Notes: generated by a model not told the origin, from the sequence alone. A stretch of DNA of 28,785 nt from a virus (IMGVR_UViG_3300038492_000211:1-28785), one strand, 5' to 3'. Shown: positions 9,156 through 18,297, counted from the stretch's first letter. Translations and numbers: made by a program.

Positions 9156-9848
9156 TTACAGTAGTTTTTCTCTGACCGTCACCAAGGCGCTTAGCGCTTC
9201 GGATCCTGTACCCTGATCGACCAATTCAAAGCCAGTTGCCGTGATAGCATCCGGATAGCCTACCGAATCTGTGAGCTCCTGCACCTCCACGTACGGTGCA
9301 TTTGTCAAGTTATTCGGCACTGTTGCGAATACACCATTTCCAAACGTGTATGTACCCGCTGCAACGTTCTCGATTCTCCATGTTCGGGCTACATTCGCCA
9401 CGCCGTTTTCTCCGTTCCGCTCAAACCTGTAGGTCAGCGTTGTTTCGGCAATCCCAAACGTCTCCATTGCCACCGTCTGGAAATCCAGCTCGTCCGTCAT
9501 GTCAACCGATCCGCCAAGCTTCTGGTCGGTCAGAATAGCGGCAATCATGTCGTCGACAAGGTCATTGAGCTCGCAAATCAAGTCATCTGTTTGATCAGCA
9601 CTCACAACACCAAAGACAGTTGCAGAAATAGCGCTCTGGCGTTGCTTTGCTGCAAAGAATTCCACCCTCTCGGACCCCAACTGAAACACGATCGCCGGAA
9701 ACTGATCGCCCGGCCGTTCGTCTGGATCCAGCAGATAATGATCGACATACAAACCACCATCTGTTAAGTATCCATTGGCTTTCTTAATGGATCCAAACAT
9801 GCTGGCGATGTTGTCATGAATGACTTGCCGTGCTCGTACATTGGCCAT
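9156..9848 (-). CDS. Tail terminator / tail completion protein with C-terminal extension
   Basis: SIKKANGYLTDGG, FPAIVF and ILTDQKLGGSV motifs; about 85 extra C-terminal residues. Confidence 0.75.
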   Translation of the reverse strand: MANVRARQVIHDNIASMFGSIKKANGYLTDGGLYVDHYLLDPDERPGDQFPAIVFQLGSERVEFFAAKQRQSAISATVFGVVSADQTDDLICELNDLVDDMIAAILTDQKLGGSVDMTDELDFQTVAMETFGIAETTLTYRFERNGENGVANVARTWRIENVAAGTYTFGNGVFATVPNNLTNAPYVEVQELTDSVGYPDAITATGFELVDQGTGSEALSALVTVREKLL

Positions 9849-10285
9849 TAGTTCGCCGCGTCTGCATCCCTGGTAAACTTAGCTTGCCAGGCAAGTATGC
9901 CAGTATTGGCCCTCAGATCATAGACAAAACCAGAAATTAACACACCCTGTACCTGATACGACTGTCCTGGCGTGAGGATTACCGGACCGCCCGCTCGCGT
10001 TGTGTCTGCGTCCTTAAACCACACGTCCAGCGTGTCAGAACTGATATTTTGCACCGCCAGATCGTAAGCGCCGCCGCCATCCAGCGTAACGGAATCCATC
10101 GTTGTGCTTGTCGCCGTGGTGTCCTGCCGCCAATCGTAGGCATTCCAGATCTGATTGAGAACTTTCTTTTCGTTCCGGTTCCAATCGCGGCGCTCCTCGA
10201 ACGTAAATCCATATGCGGCATGGAATACCGCCAGAAGTCCAATCGCAACCAGCAGTGTACGTACCTGCTCAGTGTACTTTTTCAT
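9848..10285 (-). CDS. Signal-peptide-bearing beta-rich protein within the head-tail module
   Basis: MKKYTEQVRTLLVAIGLLAVFHAAYG-F signal; VQNISSDTLDVWF..VILTPGQSY beta-sandwich-like motif; overlaps both neighbours. Confidence 0.7.
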   Translation of the reverse strand: MKKYTEQVRTLLVAIGLLAVFHAAYGFTFEERRDWNRNEKKVLNQIWNAYDWRQDTTATSTTMDSVTLDGGGAYDLAVQNISSDTLDVWFKDADTTRAGGPVILTPGQSYQVQGVLISGFVYDLRANTGILAWQAKFTRDADAAN

Positions 10286-10758
10286 TTCTTTCGCTCCTTA
10301 TATCCAATGTGCTTTTGCATCGATTTGACAATCATCTTAGCCATGCGTTCGCGCATGATCGCCTCGGAATTAACTACACCTTTCGAGAACGGTGCACGCG
10401 GTTCGCTCAAGGCACCGATCGTATCGAATTCGTGAGTACGTGCATAGATCACGTTGGTACCGAGCGTTCCGACTACCTTGCGACCCTTACGAAACACCCG
10501 TGGAAAGTTGGCCATCCAATCCGCTCTGAGTCGTCCCGTAAGCGTTCTCAGCTTATCATCGAAAGGATTTGGTATCCAAGGACCCTTGTTGCCTGCTCTG
10601 CCTCGCCCTGGCGCGCTCAGGTGGTGTTTGGCCGTGAATGACTGTGCTTCTATCAATGCCGCCTCAAGCGCCTGCATTAAGGCACCTTGCATGTCAAACG
10701 ATTTATTCCGCTTGGCAAACTTTTTCAGCTCTTTGAGATTCACTTTTGTCGCAAACAT
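10282..10758 (-). CDS. HK97 gp10-like / virion morphogenesis protein
   Basis: LRTLTGRLRA and VGTLGTNVIYARTHEF motifs; position after the connector. Confidence 0.8.
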   Translation of the reverse strand: MFATKVNLKELKKFAKRNKSFDMQGALMQALEAALIEAQSFTAKHHLSAPGRGRAGNKGPWIPNPFDDKLRTLTGRLRADWMANFPRVFRKGRKVVGTLGTNVIYARTHEFDTIGALSEPRAPFSKGVVNSEAIMRERMAKMIVKSMQKHIGYKERKK

Positions 10759-11711
10759 CAGATATTCACCATTCGGTATCTGGCAAGCGCCGCCTTAACC
10801 TCTGGCAGCAAGTCCGTCACATTGTACGAACTGGAAGCTGCACCAAGTGCGCGGTTTGTTTTGGCCAGCTTTCCAGCAGCGCCCTTTTTGCGAGACTTCT
10901 GGAATGTCTCTGCGATCTGCAAGCCTAATGCCTGTCTCAGATCTGCCGGCACCGGAAATACTTTGTTTTCACTTTCCAGGGATGCGAGGCCGGACGCATT
11001 GGTATCACCATTCCAGCCAATTAACTTTGCTGCCGACCTCGCCGCGTTCGTACCAGAACTCCATTGCAGATTGAGCGTTACCCCACTATCAACGGAGATG
11101 GTGAAGCGTCCCTGTCCGTAATTGTACGCTACCTGCAATGTCTGGCCAGTTCCGAGCGTCGTTGTGTTCATGGCCGTCTCGAGGTGACTCACAAAACTCT
11201 GCACCGAATCGTACCAGCCGGCCGATAGCTCAGCCGAGTATAGCGTCGACACTGAACCAACCTTGAAGTCAATCCGATCGTTCTCACCACTGAACACCCG
11301 GAAGGGCTCATAGCCGCCTCGATATCGCACTCGAACGTTTTGCCTGCCTCGATAGAACACGCTTTCATCGTTGAATAACTCGATCTTGCCGAGTTCTTCC
11401 GAAACAATAACGTTGGTAGTTACCACGATCGCCGTATCAGCATCCCAATTTCTGTCAACGTCATCGTACAGGCTCTGCACGTTCTGAATCGGAAACTGAT
11501 TTAAGTACACCGCCGAGTTCTGGCCATCACCGTCGAAGTGCTCTATCATGTCGTCGACAATGAAGCGTCTACGGCAATATGACTCCGCCAATTGACTCAC
11601 ACTGTTGACCACGTTCTCAACAAAAGCAGCGTTCAATGTCGCCGTTTTATTGGCAAACATAAAGTCACGCGCCTCATCAGCGCTCAGCAGTGCATTGCGT
11701 TCGAGTGCCAT
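10758..11711 (-). CDS. Head-tail connector (gp6/gp15-like) with an inserted domain
   Basis: LLSADEARDF, AESYCRRRF, EHFDGDG, NVRVRYRGGY and VPADLRQA motifs. Confidence 0.85.
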   Translation of the reverse strand: MALERNALLSADEARDFMFANKTATLNAAFVENVVNSVSQLAESYCRRRFIVDDMIEHFDGDGQNSAVYLNQFPIQNVQSLYDDVDRNWDADTAIVVTTNVIVSEELGKIELFNDESVFYRGRQNVRVRYRGGYEPFRVFSGENDRIDFKVGSVSTLYSAELSAGWYDSVQSFVSHLETAMNTTTLGTGQTLQVAYNYGQGRFTISVDSGVTLNLQWSSGTNAARSAAKLIGWNGDTNASGLASLESENKVFPVPADLRQALGLQIAETFQKSRKKGAAGKLAKTNRALGAASSSYNVTDLLPEVKAALARYRMVNI

Positions 11712-11714
11712 CGT

Positions 11715-11987
11715 TTACTTTTTCTTTCCGCGTGGCTTTCTTTTCGGTGCTGCAGGTGGATTTGGATTCTTTGGCACTACCGTCTGGTCTGCCTTGGGAT
11801 TCTCTGGTGGCTTGGCACCGCCTGCCGTCTCATGAACATCTGGCATTTCGTCAAAGTTGCCAGGGAACTGCCTGAGTAGTCGGTTGCCTTCTTCCTCGTC
11901 GACGTGCTGAATCTGTTTGTCTTTGAACTTGTACTTTGGCCCATCATAGTTGATCAGCGCTGAGGTGCTTCTGAATCTAATGCGCAT
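11715..11987 (-). CDS. Small hypothetical protein with P/K-rich tail (head module)
   Basis: 90 aa, GGAGG RBS, overlaps the upstream gene end. Confidence 0.7.
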   Translation of the reverse strand: MRIRFRSTSALINYDGPKYKFKDKQIQHVDEEEGNRLLRQFPGNFDEMPDVHETAGGAKPPENPKADQTVVPKNPNPPAAPKRKPRGKKK

Positions 11988-13179
11988 TATGAATGCCTCC
12001 TTGTTGCCCGTAGGCGTATTTCTCGAGAACTGTTTTCAGGTTATAGTATGGCTGATGATTTGGCCGGTGCGCCATTGCTTTCTGTATGGCATCCAGCGCC
12101 TGCGGATATTTGGCCGCCTGTGAATACGCATCTGCCAGCTTTTCAAGCGGCAACCAGGTAAAGTTTTCAGGCACGATAAACAGAAAGGCTTTTGGCCGCT
12201 CATAGCTGAGCGCAATCCGGTAGTACAGCGCTGCCTCATCCATCAGCTTCATCACCTTGGCAGCATCACCCAACAACAACCAGTGGTCATTGCGCTGCAC
12301 GCGATCTTTCGTGCACTCAAACAGCACGTCACGCGCCGCATGCAAGTGCGCCAAATCGCCGTCATCGTCAAACATCCGGAAGTAGGCCAACGCTATGTGG
12401 ATCCGCGATTGATAGCGTTCATCACCAAACCCAGACTGGTCTATGTGCTTCTGGAACCATTCCAGCGATTCGGTCACCTCGCCCTGTTCTTCCAAAGTAC
12501 GGGCCAGATAGAACATGCTGCGCGTGTCGGTCGGATCGTCCTCAAGGCGCTTTCTCAAGCCCTCAATGTTCATCTGGCCGCGCTGCTCTTTGCGAGCTTC
12601 TACACGTTTCGGTGGCTGCCGGTGCTCCAGAATCATATCGCCGACATTCATGCGATATTGAATCGATTCCTGAATCACGTTATGAATCGGCAAGTTGAAT
12701 TTAACACCATCCTTGCCAGCATACTTCTTTTTGCCAGCCGATCGATAGACGCGCTTGAACATCACCGGCCTTTGATATTGCGTTGTCGTGCCGGTGCTTT
12801 TGTGTGGCGGATCCTGCATAACTGCATCCACTACCCGCACATGCCGGTATTGTTCTGGTAGGTTGTTGGCAACCTGGTTAGCTATTTCCACAGCGCGAGG
12901 TGTCATGTAGTCGTGACCGTCCAGCATCAGAATCCAGTCTTGTGTTGCCTTGGCGAGACATTCGTTTCTCATTTTTGAGAAATCATCTTGCCACTTGTAG
13001 CGGTAGACCTTGAACTTTTTGACCTTGTCCCGGTAGCGTTCAACGATCGTGAGCATTTCCGGATCACTTGTTTTGTCGACGCCAACAACAAGCTCGTCAG
13101 CGATATGAATGACTCTTGATAGTGTTTCACGGAACTTCTCTTGCTCGTTTTTCACGCACATGCATACAGTTAGAGACAT
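11977..13179 (-). CDS. Glycosyltransferase family 2 with C-terminal TPR repeats
   Basis: LTVCMCVKNEQ, ADELVVGVD, WQDDFSKMRN, DWILMLDGHD, IHN; TPR-like DPTDTRSMFYLARTL. Start placed at ATG 13179 (track gives 13206). Confidence 0.9.
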   Translation of the reverse strand: MSLTVCMCVKNEQEKFRETLSRVIHIADELVVGVDKTSDPEMLTIVERYRDKVKKFKVYRYKWQDDFSKMRNECLAKATQDWILMLDGHDYMTPRAVEIANQVANNLPEQYRHVRVVDAVMQDPPHKSTGTTTQYQRPVMFKRVYRSAGKKKYAGKDGVKFNLPIHNVIQESIQYRMNVGDMILEHRQPPKRVEARKEQRGQMNIEGLRKRLEDDPTDTRSMFYLARTLEEQGEVTESLEWFQKHIDQSGFGDERYQSRIHIALAYFRMFDDDGDLAHLHAARDVLFECTKDRVQRNDHWLLLGDAAKVMKLMDEAALYYRIALSYERPKAFLFIVPENFTWLPLEKLADAYSQAAKYPQALDAIQKAMAHRPNHQPYYNLKTVLEKYAYGQQGGIHNAH

Positions 13180-13210
13180 CTTCCACGTCCTTTTTACCAC
13201 GTCCATAGAA

Positions 13211-13260
13211 AGTGGCCACTACGCACCAAAGGAAAAAAACGCAGTGGCCACACGCACCGC
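13211..13260 (-). terminator. Putative terminator with an alternative hairpin
   Basis: mRNA GCGGUG-N8-CACUGC followed by GUUUUUUU; overlapping 12-bp alternative stem. Confidence 0.5.
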
Positions 13261-13272
13261 CTGGAGAACTGT

Positions 13273-13599
13273 TTAGGCGACAGGATTTACCCATTCAACA
13301 ATTGCGGTCTTGCCGGATGCCGTTGCATTGGCCGGCGTGATGCCGAGCGTCTGAATTGTGAACTCAGTACCAGCAATCAGACCCATATTGCCAAGCGTTA
13401 CACTGGCAACATAAATCGCTTGTTTGACCTCGCCACCAGACTCAGCGCTGGCCAGCGAAATGGCGACACCGGACGCACCGAGCGCCACGGCGGTAACGTT
13501 GGTTTGCAACTGCTTTAGCACACGCTGCAGATCAGCGGGCATGCTCGCATTGCGATAACCAAACGCTTCGCCAAGTTGGGTTAGGCTTTGAAATGTCAT
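13273..13599 (-). CDS. Probable capsid decoration / cement protein
   Basis: 108 aa, A/G/T/V-rich, immediately after the major capsid gene. Confidence 0.55.
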   Translation of the reverse strand: MTFQSLTQLGEAFGYRNASMPADLQRVLKQLQTNVTAVALGASGVAISLASAESGGEVKQAIYVASVTLGNMGLIAGTEFTIQTLGITPANATASGKTAIVEWVNPVA

Positions 13600-13622
13600 C
13601 GATCAGTCCTGAATTTATATGA

Positions 13623-13642
13623 GGCAGCCCTTTCGAACTGCC
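13623..13642 (-). terminator. Stem-loop after the capsid gene (GAAA tetraloop)
   Basis: GGCAGUUC-GAAA-GGGCUGCC; no U-tract, so a weak terminator or mRNA-stabilising hairpin. Confidence 0.55.
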
Positions 13643-13674
13643 GTTATTGCGATTTTACAACTCAGTGCTGCGGA

Positions 13675-15285
13675 TTATGACGCAGAATCCAGATTGATAC
13701 CGGACGCCACGGTCTTTTCACCGGTGCCGTAAACATCGGCAAAATCGCCGCGCTGCTTGGCAACGACCTTGTGCTGATCCAGCTCAGCATCGAACACACG
13801 ATCGAGCTTGACGCCTTCACGTGAACCGATGACAAAACCCGGAAGATACACAAGCTGTGCAGTTGTCTGTGTCTGACCACTCTGATAAACCCCCGTGCTA
13901 TTCAGATCAGACTGCGAGAACTCCGAAATCACAGCCGGGATATTCCAGACACGGCCAATCTCACCAGTGAGCAGCGTAGCGAAGTTACCATACTTCTCAG
14001 TCGTGAGCAGGTTGGAATCCTTGAGCAACAGTAAATAGCCCTCTGCGCTCAGAATCCAAGCCAAGTTTTCACGCATGATATTGTATGGCTTGCCCATTTT
14101 TTCGATCACACCATGAAGTAGATCAACCGTTGGAATCGCTGAACCAAGATCCTTTTCAGCGCTTTTGGCACTGGCCAGCTTGCGCAAGCCTTTCCACATT
14201 TTGCGCACGTCCGTACTCTCGGTCACGTTCGAATCCATGTGACTTGCCGAGTCATCGCCGTTCATGATCGCGTTTTCCCAACCGTTCGCCAGTGTCTGGG
14301 CAATGTTGCGCTCGAGAAACGGCAGAATGGCAACGATCGAATCCTCGACCTCTTCATTGGAACTCACAACACGAACGCCCATTTTCTTGGCCGTCAGTGT
14401 AAAGTTCCCGGTGCCAGGAGTCGACGCGCGAAACTTGGTTCCCTCATCATTGATATTTTCGGGAATGTAGTACGCCTGTGCGTCGCTCGTAAGCACGTTC
14501 GGCTGCAAGGTCTTGGTTGGCATCGGAATGATTTCAAACAGCGCCGACACACGTCTCAAGAGACGCACCTTGTCAAATAGGCGTGAGCTGAAACCACTTG
14601 GTACCCAATCCTGACCGGAACCGTCTGTCGACGTATTGAGCGCCTTGGCAAGACCGCTTTTGATCATGAAGTCTTGCAGCTTCTCGTACGCCTTAAACTC
14701 TGTCGGTTTGCGCCCGGTGAGCTTGTGCAACATATGCACGCGATCAGCAAGCTTTTGGAACTGATAGAGTTTCAGGCTATCCGGATCGGATGGTGCAACC
14801 TCATCAAACATCTGGCCGCCACGAACGCGCCTGATTTTCACACCAGGAACAAACGCTTTCATAATGTCGTCAGGAGTCGTCCCTTGGGCAATAACTGCAC
14901 TTGGATCGATTTCCCAACCAGCGCGCCGTTTATTGGCGTCGGCATTGATATCGTCGATGCTATCGCGACTCTGCTTATTTTCCTTCAAAACATCACGCAC
15001 AGATTCTGCAAGCAGCTTGATCGATGCGGCCGTTTGCGTTGAATTCAGAACCAAGTCCTGAATTTGCTTCAAACCCGCCTCGACACTATCTGGTTCCTGC
15101 ACGTCAATCTTGACAGGCTTCTCAATTTCAACAACATGGTGCGTGCCGTCCTTGAGCGTCAGCATTTTGCCGCCGCCTGAAACGTCCACCAGTTTCGCCT
15201 CTTCCGCTTCAACGTCGAACGGAGTCTGCTGGTCGCCGTCGATCTCTACGAGGGTACCGTCCAGCAATAGCTTATAGGTTTTCAT
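13675..15285 (-). CDS. Major capsid protein, HK97 fold, with long N-terminal scaffold region
   Basis: KALNTSTDGSGQDWVPSGFSSRLFD, TLTAKKM, ENAIMNGD, LLTGEIGRVWNIPAVIS, QRGDF; GAGGT RBS. Confidence 0.95.
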   Translation of the reverse strand: MKTYKLLLDGTLVEIDGDQQTPFDVEAEEAKLVDVSGGGKMLTLKDGTHHVVEIEKPVKIDVQEPDSVEAGLKQIQDLVLNSTQTAASIKLLAESVRDVLKENKQSRDSIDDINADANKRRAGWEIDPSAVIAQGTTPDDIMKAFVPGVKIRRVRGGQMFDEVAPSDPDSLKLYQFQKLADRVHMLHKLTGRKPTEFKAYEKLQDFMIKSGLAKALNTSTDGSGQDWVPSGFSSRLFDKVRLLRRVSALFEIIPMPTKTLQPNVLTSDAQAYYIPENINDEGTKFRASTPGTGNFTLTAKKMGVRVVSSNEEVEDSIVAILPFLERNIAQTLANGWENAIMNGDDSASHMDSNVTESTDVRKMWKGLRKLASAKSAEKDLGSAIPTVDLLHGVIEKMGKPYNIMRENLAWILSAEGYLLLLKDSNLLTTEKYGNFATLLTGEIGRVWNIPAVISEFSQSDLNSTGVYQSGQTQTTAQLVYLPGFVIGSREGVKLDRVFDAELDQHKVVAKQRGDFADVYGTGEKTVASGINLDSAS

Positions 15286-15298
15286 TGATTGCTTAACC

Positions 15299-16192
15299 TC
15301 AATTCAGTTTTGCAACTGCACCGGTCAACACATTGATGCTATTTCCGAGCAGTTCAACAGTTTTTTCGTAGTTGTCTGGGCTATCTTGTTCGTTCGACTT
15401 TTGTGGATCCACCTGATCCGACAGCTTATCCCCAACGATAGCCTTAGCATTTCGGAAAGTAAGCTCGATCAAACGGATATGATCATTGGTTAGTTCAACT
15501 TCAGAGCTGTCAACAGCTCCCTTGATTCGCGTCATTAGGTTGTGAGTACGGCCAACAGCCTCGGCAACATCAAACACCCGGCTTTTCTTCATTGGCCATA
15601 CATCGCGGTCAAAGTAGTCCTTGAGAAATTCGAACGACTTTGCCAGCGTGTCCACGTCCTTTCTCAAAGCCGAAGCATTCGCCGGCACCGGTACAATTGA
15701 GAACTCAAGTAGTTCATAGTCTTTAATGGTAAAACCCGTCTGGCCTTGCTGGTCTGCTTCTCTCGACCAACCACCGGGCAACACACGAAAACCAATAGAA
15801 CCGCTGTCCAGCACATCGCGAGCAACCTTGTCTGCAATCATGGCGGCAAAGCCATCGTTCTCATCGTCGAAATAGACCGTGCCAGTCACCTGGTTTTTGG
15901 TGATCTTGATCTTCTCGATTGGCAACGTTCCGATCGGCACGAAACCCCGTGCATCGTAACCATGTAACCAAAGCACCGGAATGTTGTCCTTTTTGGCATT
16001 TGCCGGCAGCTTCATGCCTTCCGGAATGATCACATCGCCATCCCGGTCGACTTCCTTACGCGTCAGAACCCAATCAAAACCACCATCGTTTCGACGCTTA
16101 GCCGCCTTTGTGGTCACGCAAAAGTGTTTCTTGCTTTCGTCAGGATCCTGTCTATCGATCCCCGGCCTTGCTGGTGTTTCGTTCAAGATCAT
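15299..16192 (-). CDS. HK97-family prohead maturation protease
   Basis: VDRDGDVI, PVLWLH, PIG, SIGF and ELLEFSIVPVPANASA motifs. Confidence 0.95.
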   Translation of the reverse strand: MILNETPARPGIDRQDPDESKKHFCVTTKAAKRRNDGGFDWVLTRKEVDRDGDVIIPEGMKLPANAKKDNIPVLWLHGYDARGFVPIGTLPIEKIKITKNQVTGTVYFDDENDGFAAMIADKVARDVLDSGSIGFRVLPGGWSREADQQGQTGFTIKDYELLEFSIVPVPANASALRKDVDTLAKSFEFLKDYFDRDVWPMKKSRVFDVAEAVGRTHNLMTRIKGAVDSSEVELTNDHIRLIELTFRNAKAIVGDKLSDQVDPQKSNEQDSPDNYEKTVELLGNSINVLTGAVAKLN

Positions 16193-16204
16193 TGTTAGTT
16201 TTCC

Positions 16205-16974
16205 TCAGAATCCGAATGTGACTGTGCATCGACAATTGATATTGTTGGCAGGAATCGAACCGCCAGCCGGGTGATCCATTGACTCACCTGTACCAACGAA
16301 CTTGTCATCAATGCCAACCGTCTCGGAAATGTTGTGCGGGTAGGGCTCACCCCTAACGTCCTCATCGAAGCTATGCAGCCACGATTTGGTTTTAACAATA
16401 CCTGACGTCTGCGCTGAAACCAATGCGCCGCGATTGCTCGAAGCGATCGTCTCAGTGCGCGCAATGAGAGGTGCACGGAACGACTCGGCCGCACGAAACA
16501 AGTGAGTGATCCGCCCTGTGAGTTTATCGATAGTCTCGCCACGCTCAAGACCCTGTTGCAATGTTCTTTGGACCTGACGCACGGTAAAGCGGTTGACGTT
16601 GCTGAACCGCTCAAGCCGATCGCCGAGGAACCGATCCACGATTGGATTCCTGGCATCGAATTCCACTGAAAGCCCATACTCTCGAGCCGTCCGCCTGAAC
16701 GCTGCGCGCAAGACTCGAATATATAGCGTTTCGCCCTTGGTCCGGAATAACTGGATCGCTGCTTGAATGTCAAACAAGATTTTATCCCAGTCGAGTTGCT
16801 GTATGGCTTTCTTTCCTGCATCGATGTCTCTAAGGTTCCGGACTATTTCGTCCCGTTGGTCTGCGAACTGTCCGCGTAGAAATCTGCGGAAGATACCGGC
16901 TTCAATTTCAGCTTGGTTTTTGAAGGCCAACCACCTGTGGTAGTCGCTGTCCTTTTCGATGAAAGTTTTTTTTT
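16205..16974 (-). CDS. Head morphogenesis protein (Mu gpF / SPP1 gp7 family); probably entered from the portal by a -1 shift
   Basis: RAPLIARTET, KSWLHS.D..VR, MDHPAG and NINCRC motifs. The frame is open through the A9 run; only a TTG at 16930 and no ATG near its 5' end. Confidence 0.85.
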
Positions 16975-18297
16975 CAGCAGTAGCGCAGCGCTCTTTTCGT
17001 CGTCGTCTTCTGCAATGACTTCCTCATCCAGGTCGTCAATCTCGGTGCCAAGTGGGATCTGACCGAATGGAACATAGATGACATCGCCGCCATCCATCTC
17101 AGTGAACTCTTGCCCGGCTTCCTCAGCATATAGCCGGCGCGCTTCATTGATCGCCAGAAACGGCATGCCTGTTGCTTCCTTGAGCGATCGCCGTAGTTCT
17201 ACCAAGTCCGGCTTGAGTGCATCTACCTGGCTAAGATCGTGCTGGATCCGCAACCCTGGACCAAACAGCGGCATGAAATGCTGATTCAATGCGTCCTCAA
17301 ACTTCCTGAGCTTGGGAATCATTGTTTTGGTCCAGAACAAACGTTCCTCAACCTCGGCCGTCGCCTTGTTGATCTGCTCACCCAGACCAACGTGCAGTTT
17401 GGGCGTCCCGGTTGTGCTCAGAATCTCGTTTGTGTTCCGCTCACGCTGCTGCATGAAATCCATGTCGCGCTGTGATGTGGTCGTTTCCTTCCACTCCAAT
17501 CCATCGGCAACCAGCGGCTTGCGAAACTTGCCCCACCCGGTGAACTCTTTGGTGAACTGTTCCTTGAGCCGTTGGAATGCTTGGTCACTCAGCGGTTCCT
17601 TTGACACCAGCATGCCCTCAGGCACCGCACCGTTTTTGAAAAAGTTCAGATTCCAGGACGCACAGTACAGATCTGTCTCAAGCGCATTACTGGCCGGCTC
17701 GATCGATCCAAGCCCTTTGTGATCGTTTTTGATGTAGATGTAGCGGAAGTACAGCACATACTCGCGCGGGATCTTGGTTTTCTTCCCGTTCAGCATGTAC
17801 TCGTAATGTGAGATGTATTCTTTTTCGTGTGGAACAATGGTCGTACGGTCTGGACGGAGGAAATAGATTTGCTCAACTGGATTGGTTGGCGATGGAGGTA
17901 GTTCTGGCCGTTGCGGTACAAGCTCCCAATACGATTCACCTACAAGTTCCATCGATTGGAAGTGCATTTCCCATAGATCGGCGCGGCTCTGCCACTTGTT
18001 TGGCGGCTTGATCGCATCGAATACCGGATGTGGCGGCAGGATCTCAAGTGACTCACCGCCTGCGGTATTTGCCATCAGCTTTGGCTTTAGCCCAGACGCA
18101 GCGTTGGCAATCTCGAATACCGTGGCATAAGCATAGGCATGCTTGCCATAGACGTCGATCAGTGCTGATTTTTCTTCGTTATCGTCTGCTGTGAGAATCT
18201 TTGCGGCACCACCGCCAGCATTCTCTGCTTGGATGGTTGCGGTTATGCGGGGAGAAAGGAGTTTTCTGTCGAGGGCTTGTCCAATGCCTGCGAACAC
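16843..18297 (-). CDS. Portal protein (HK97 family)
   Basis: HPV..IKPPN, LVGESYW, LRPDR, GLGSIE, FFKNGAVPEG, DMDF and INEAR motifs. Confidence 0.95.
   Translation of the reverse strand: MFAGIGQALDRKLLSPRITATIQAENAGGGAAKILTADDNEEKSALIDVYGKHAYAYATVFEIANAASGLKPKLMANTAGGESLEILPPHPVFDAIKPPNKWQSRADLWEMHFQSMELVGESYWELVPQRPELPPSPTNPVEQIYFLRPDRTTIVPHEKEYISHYEYMLNGKKTKIPREYVLYFRYIYIKNDHKGLGSIEPASNALETDLYCASWNLNFFKNGAVPEGMLVSKEPLSDQAFQRLKEQFTKEFTGWGKFRKPLVADGLEWKETTTSQRDMDFMQQRERNTNEILSTTGTPKLHVGLGEQINKATAEVEERLFWTKTMIPKLRKFEDALNQHFMPLFGPGLRIQHDLSQVDALKPDLVELRRSLKEATGMPFLAINEARRLYAEEAGQEFTEMDGGDVIYVPFGQIPLGTEIDDLDEEVIAEDDDEKSAALLLKKKLSSKRTATTTGGWPSKTKLKLKPVSSADFYADSSQTNGTK

Noticed and set aside
12283-12861. 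192-aa plus-strand ORF
   Set aside because: Antisense to the well-supported GT2-TPR gene.
16195-16845. 208-aa ORF in the portal frame just after the portal TAG, suggesting amber read-through or recoding
   Set aside because: It overlaps MuF entirely and lacks motifs; TAG acts as a true stop elsewhere (tape measure TAG directly followed by the next ATG), so the code is standard.
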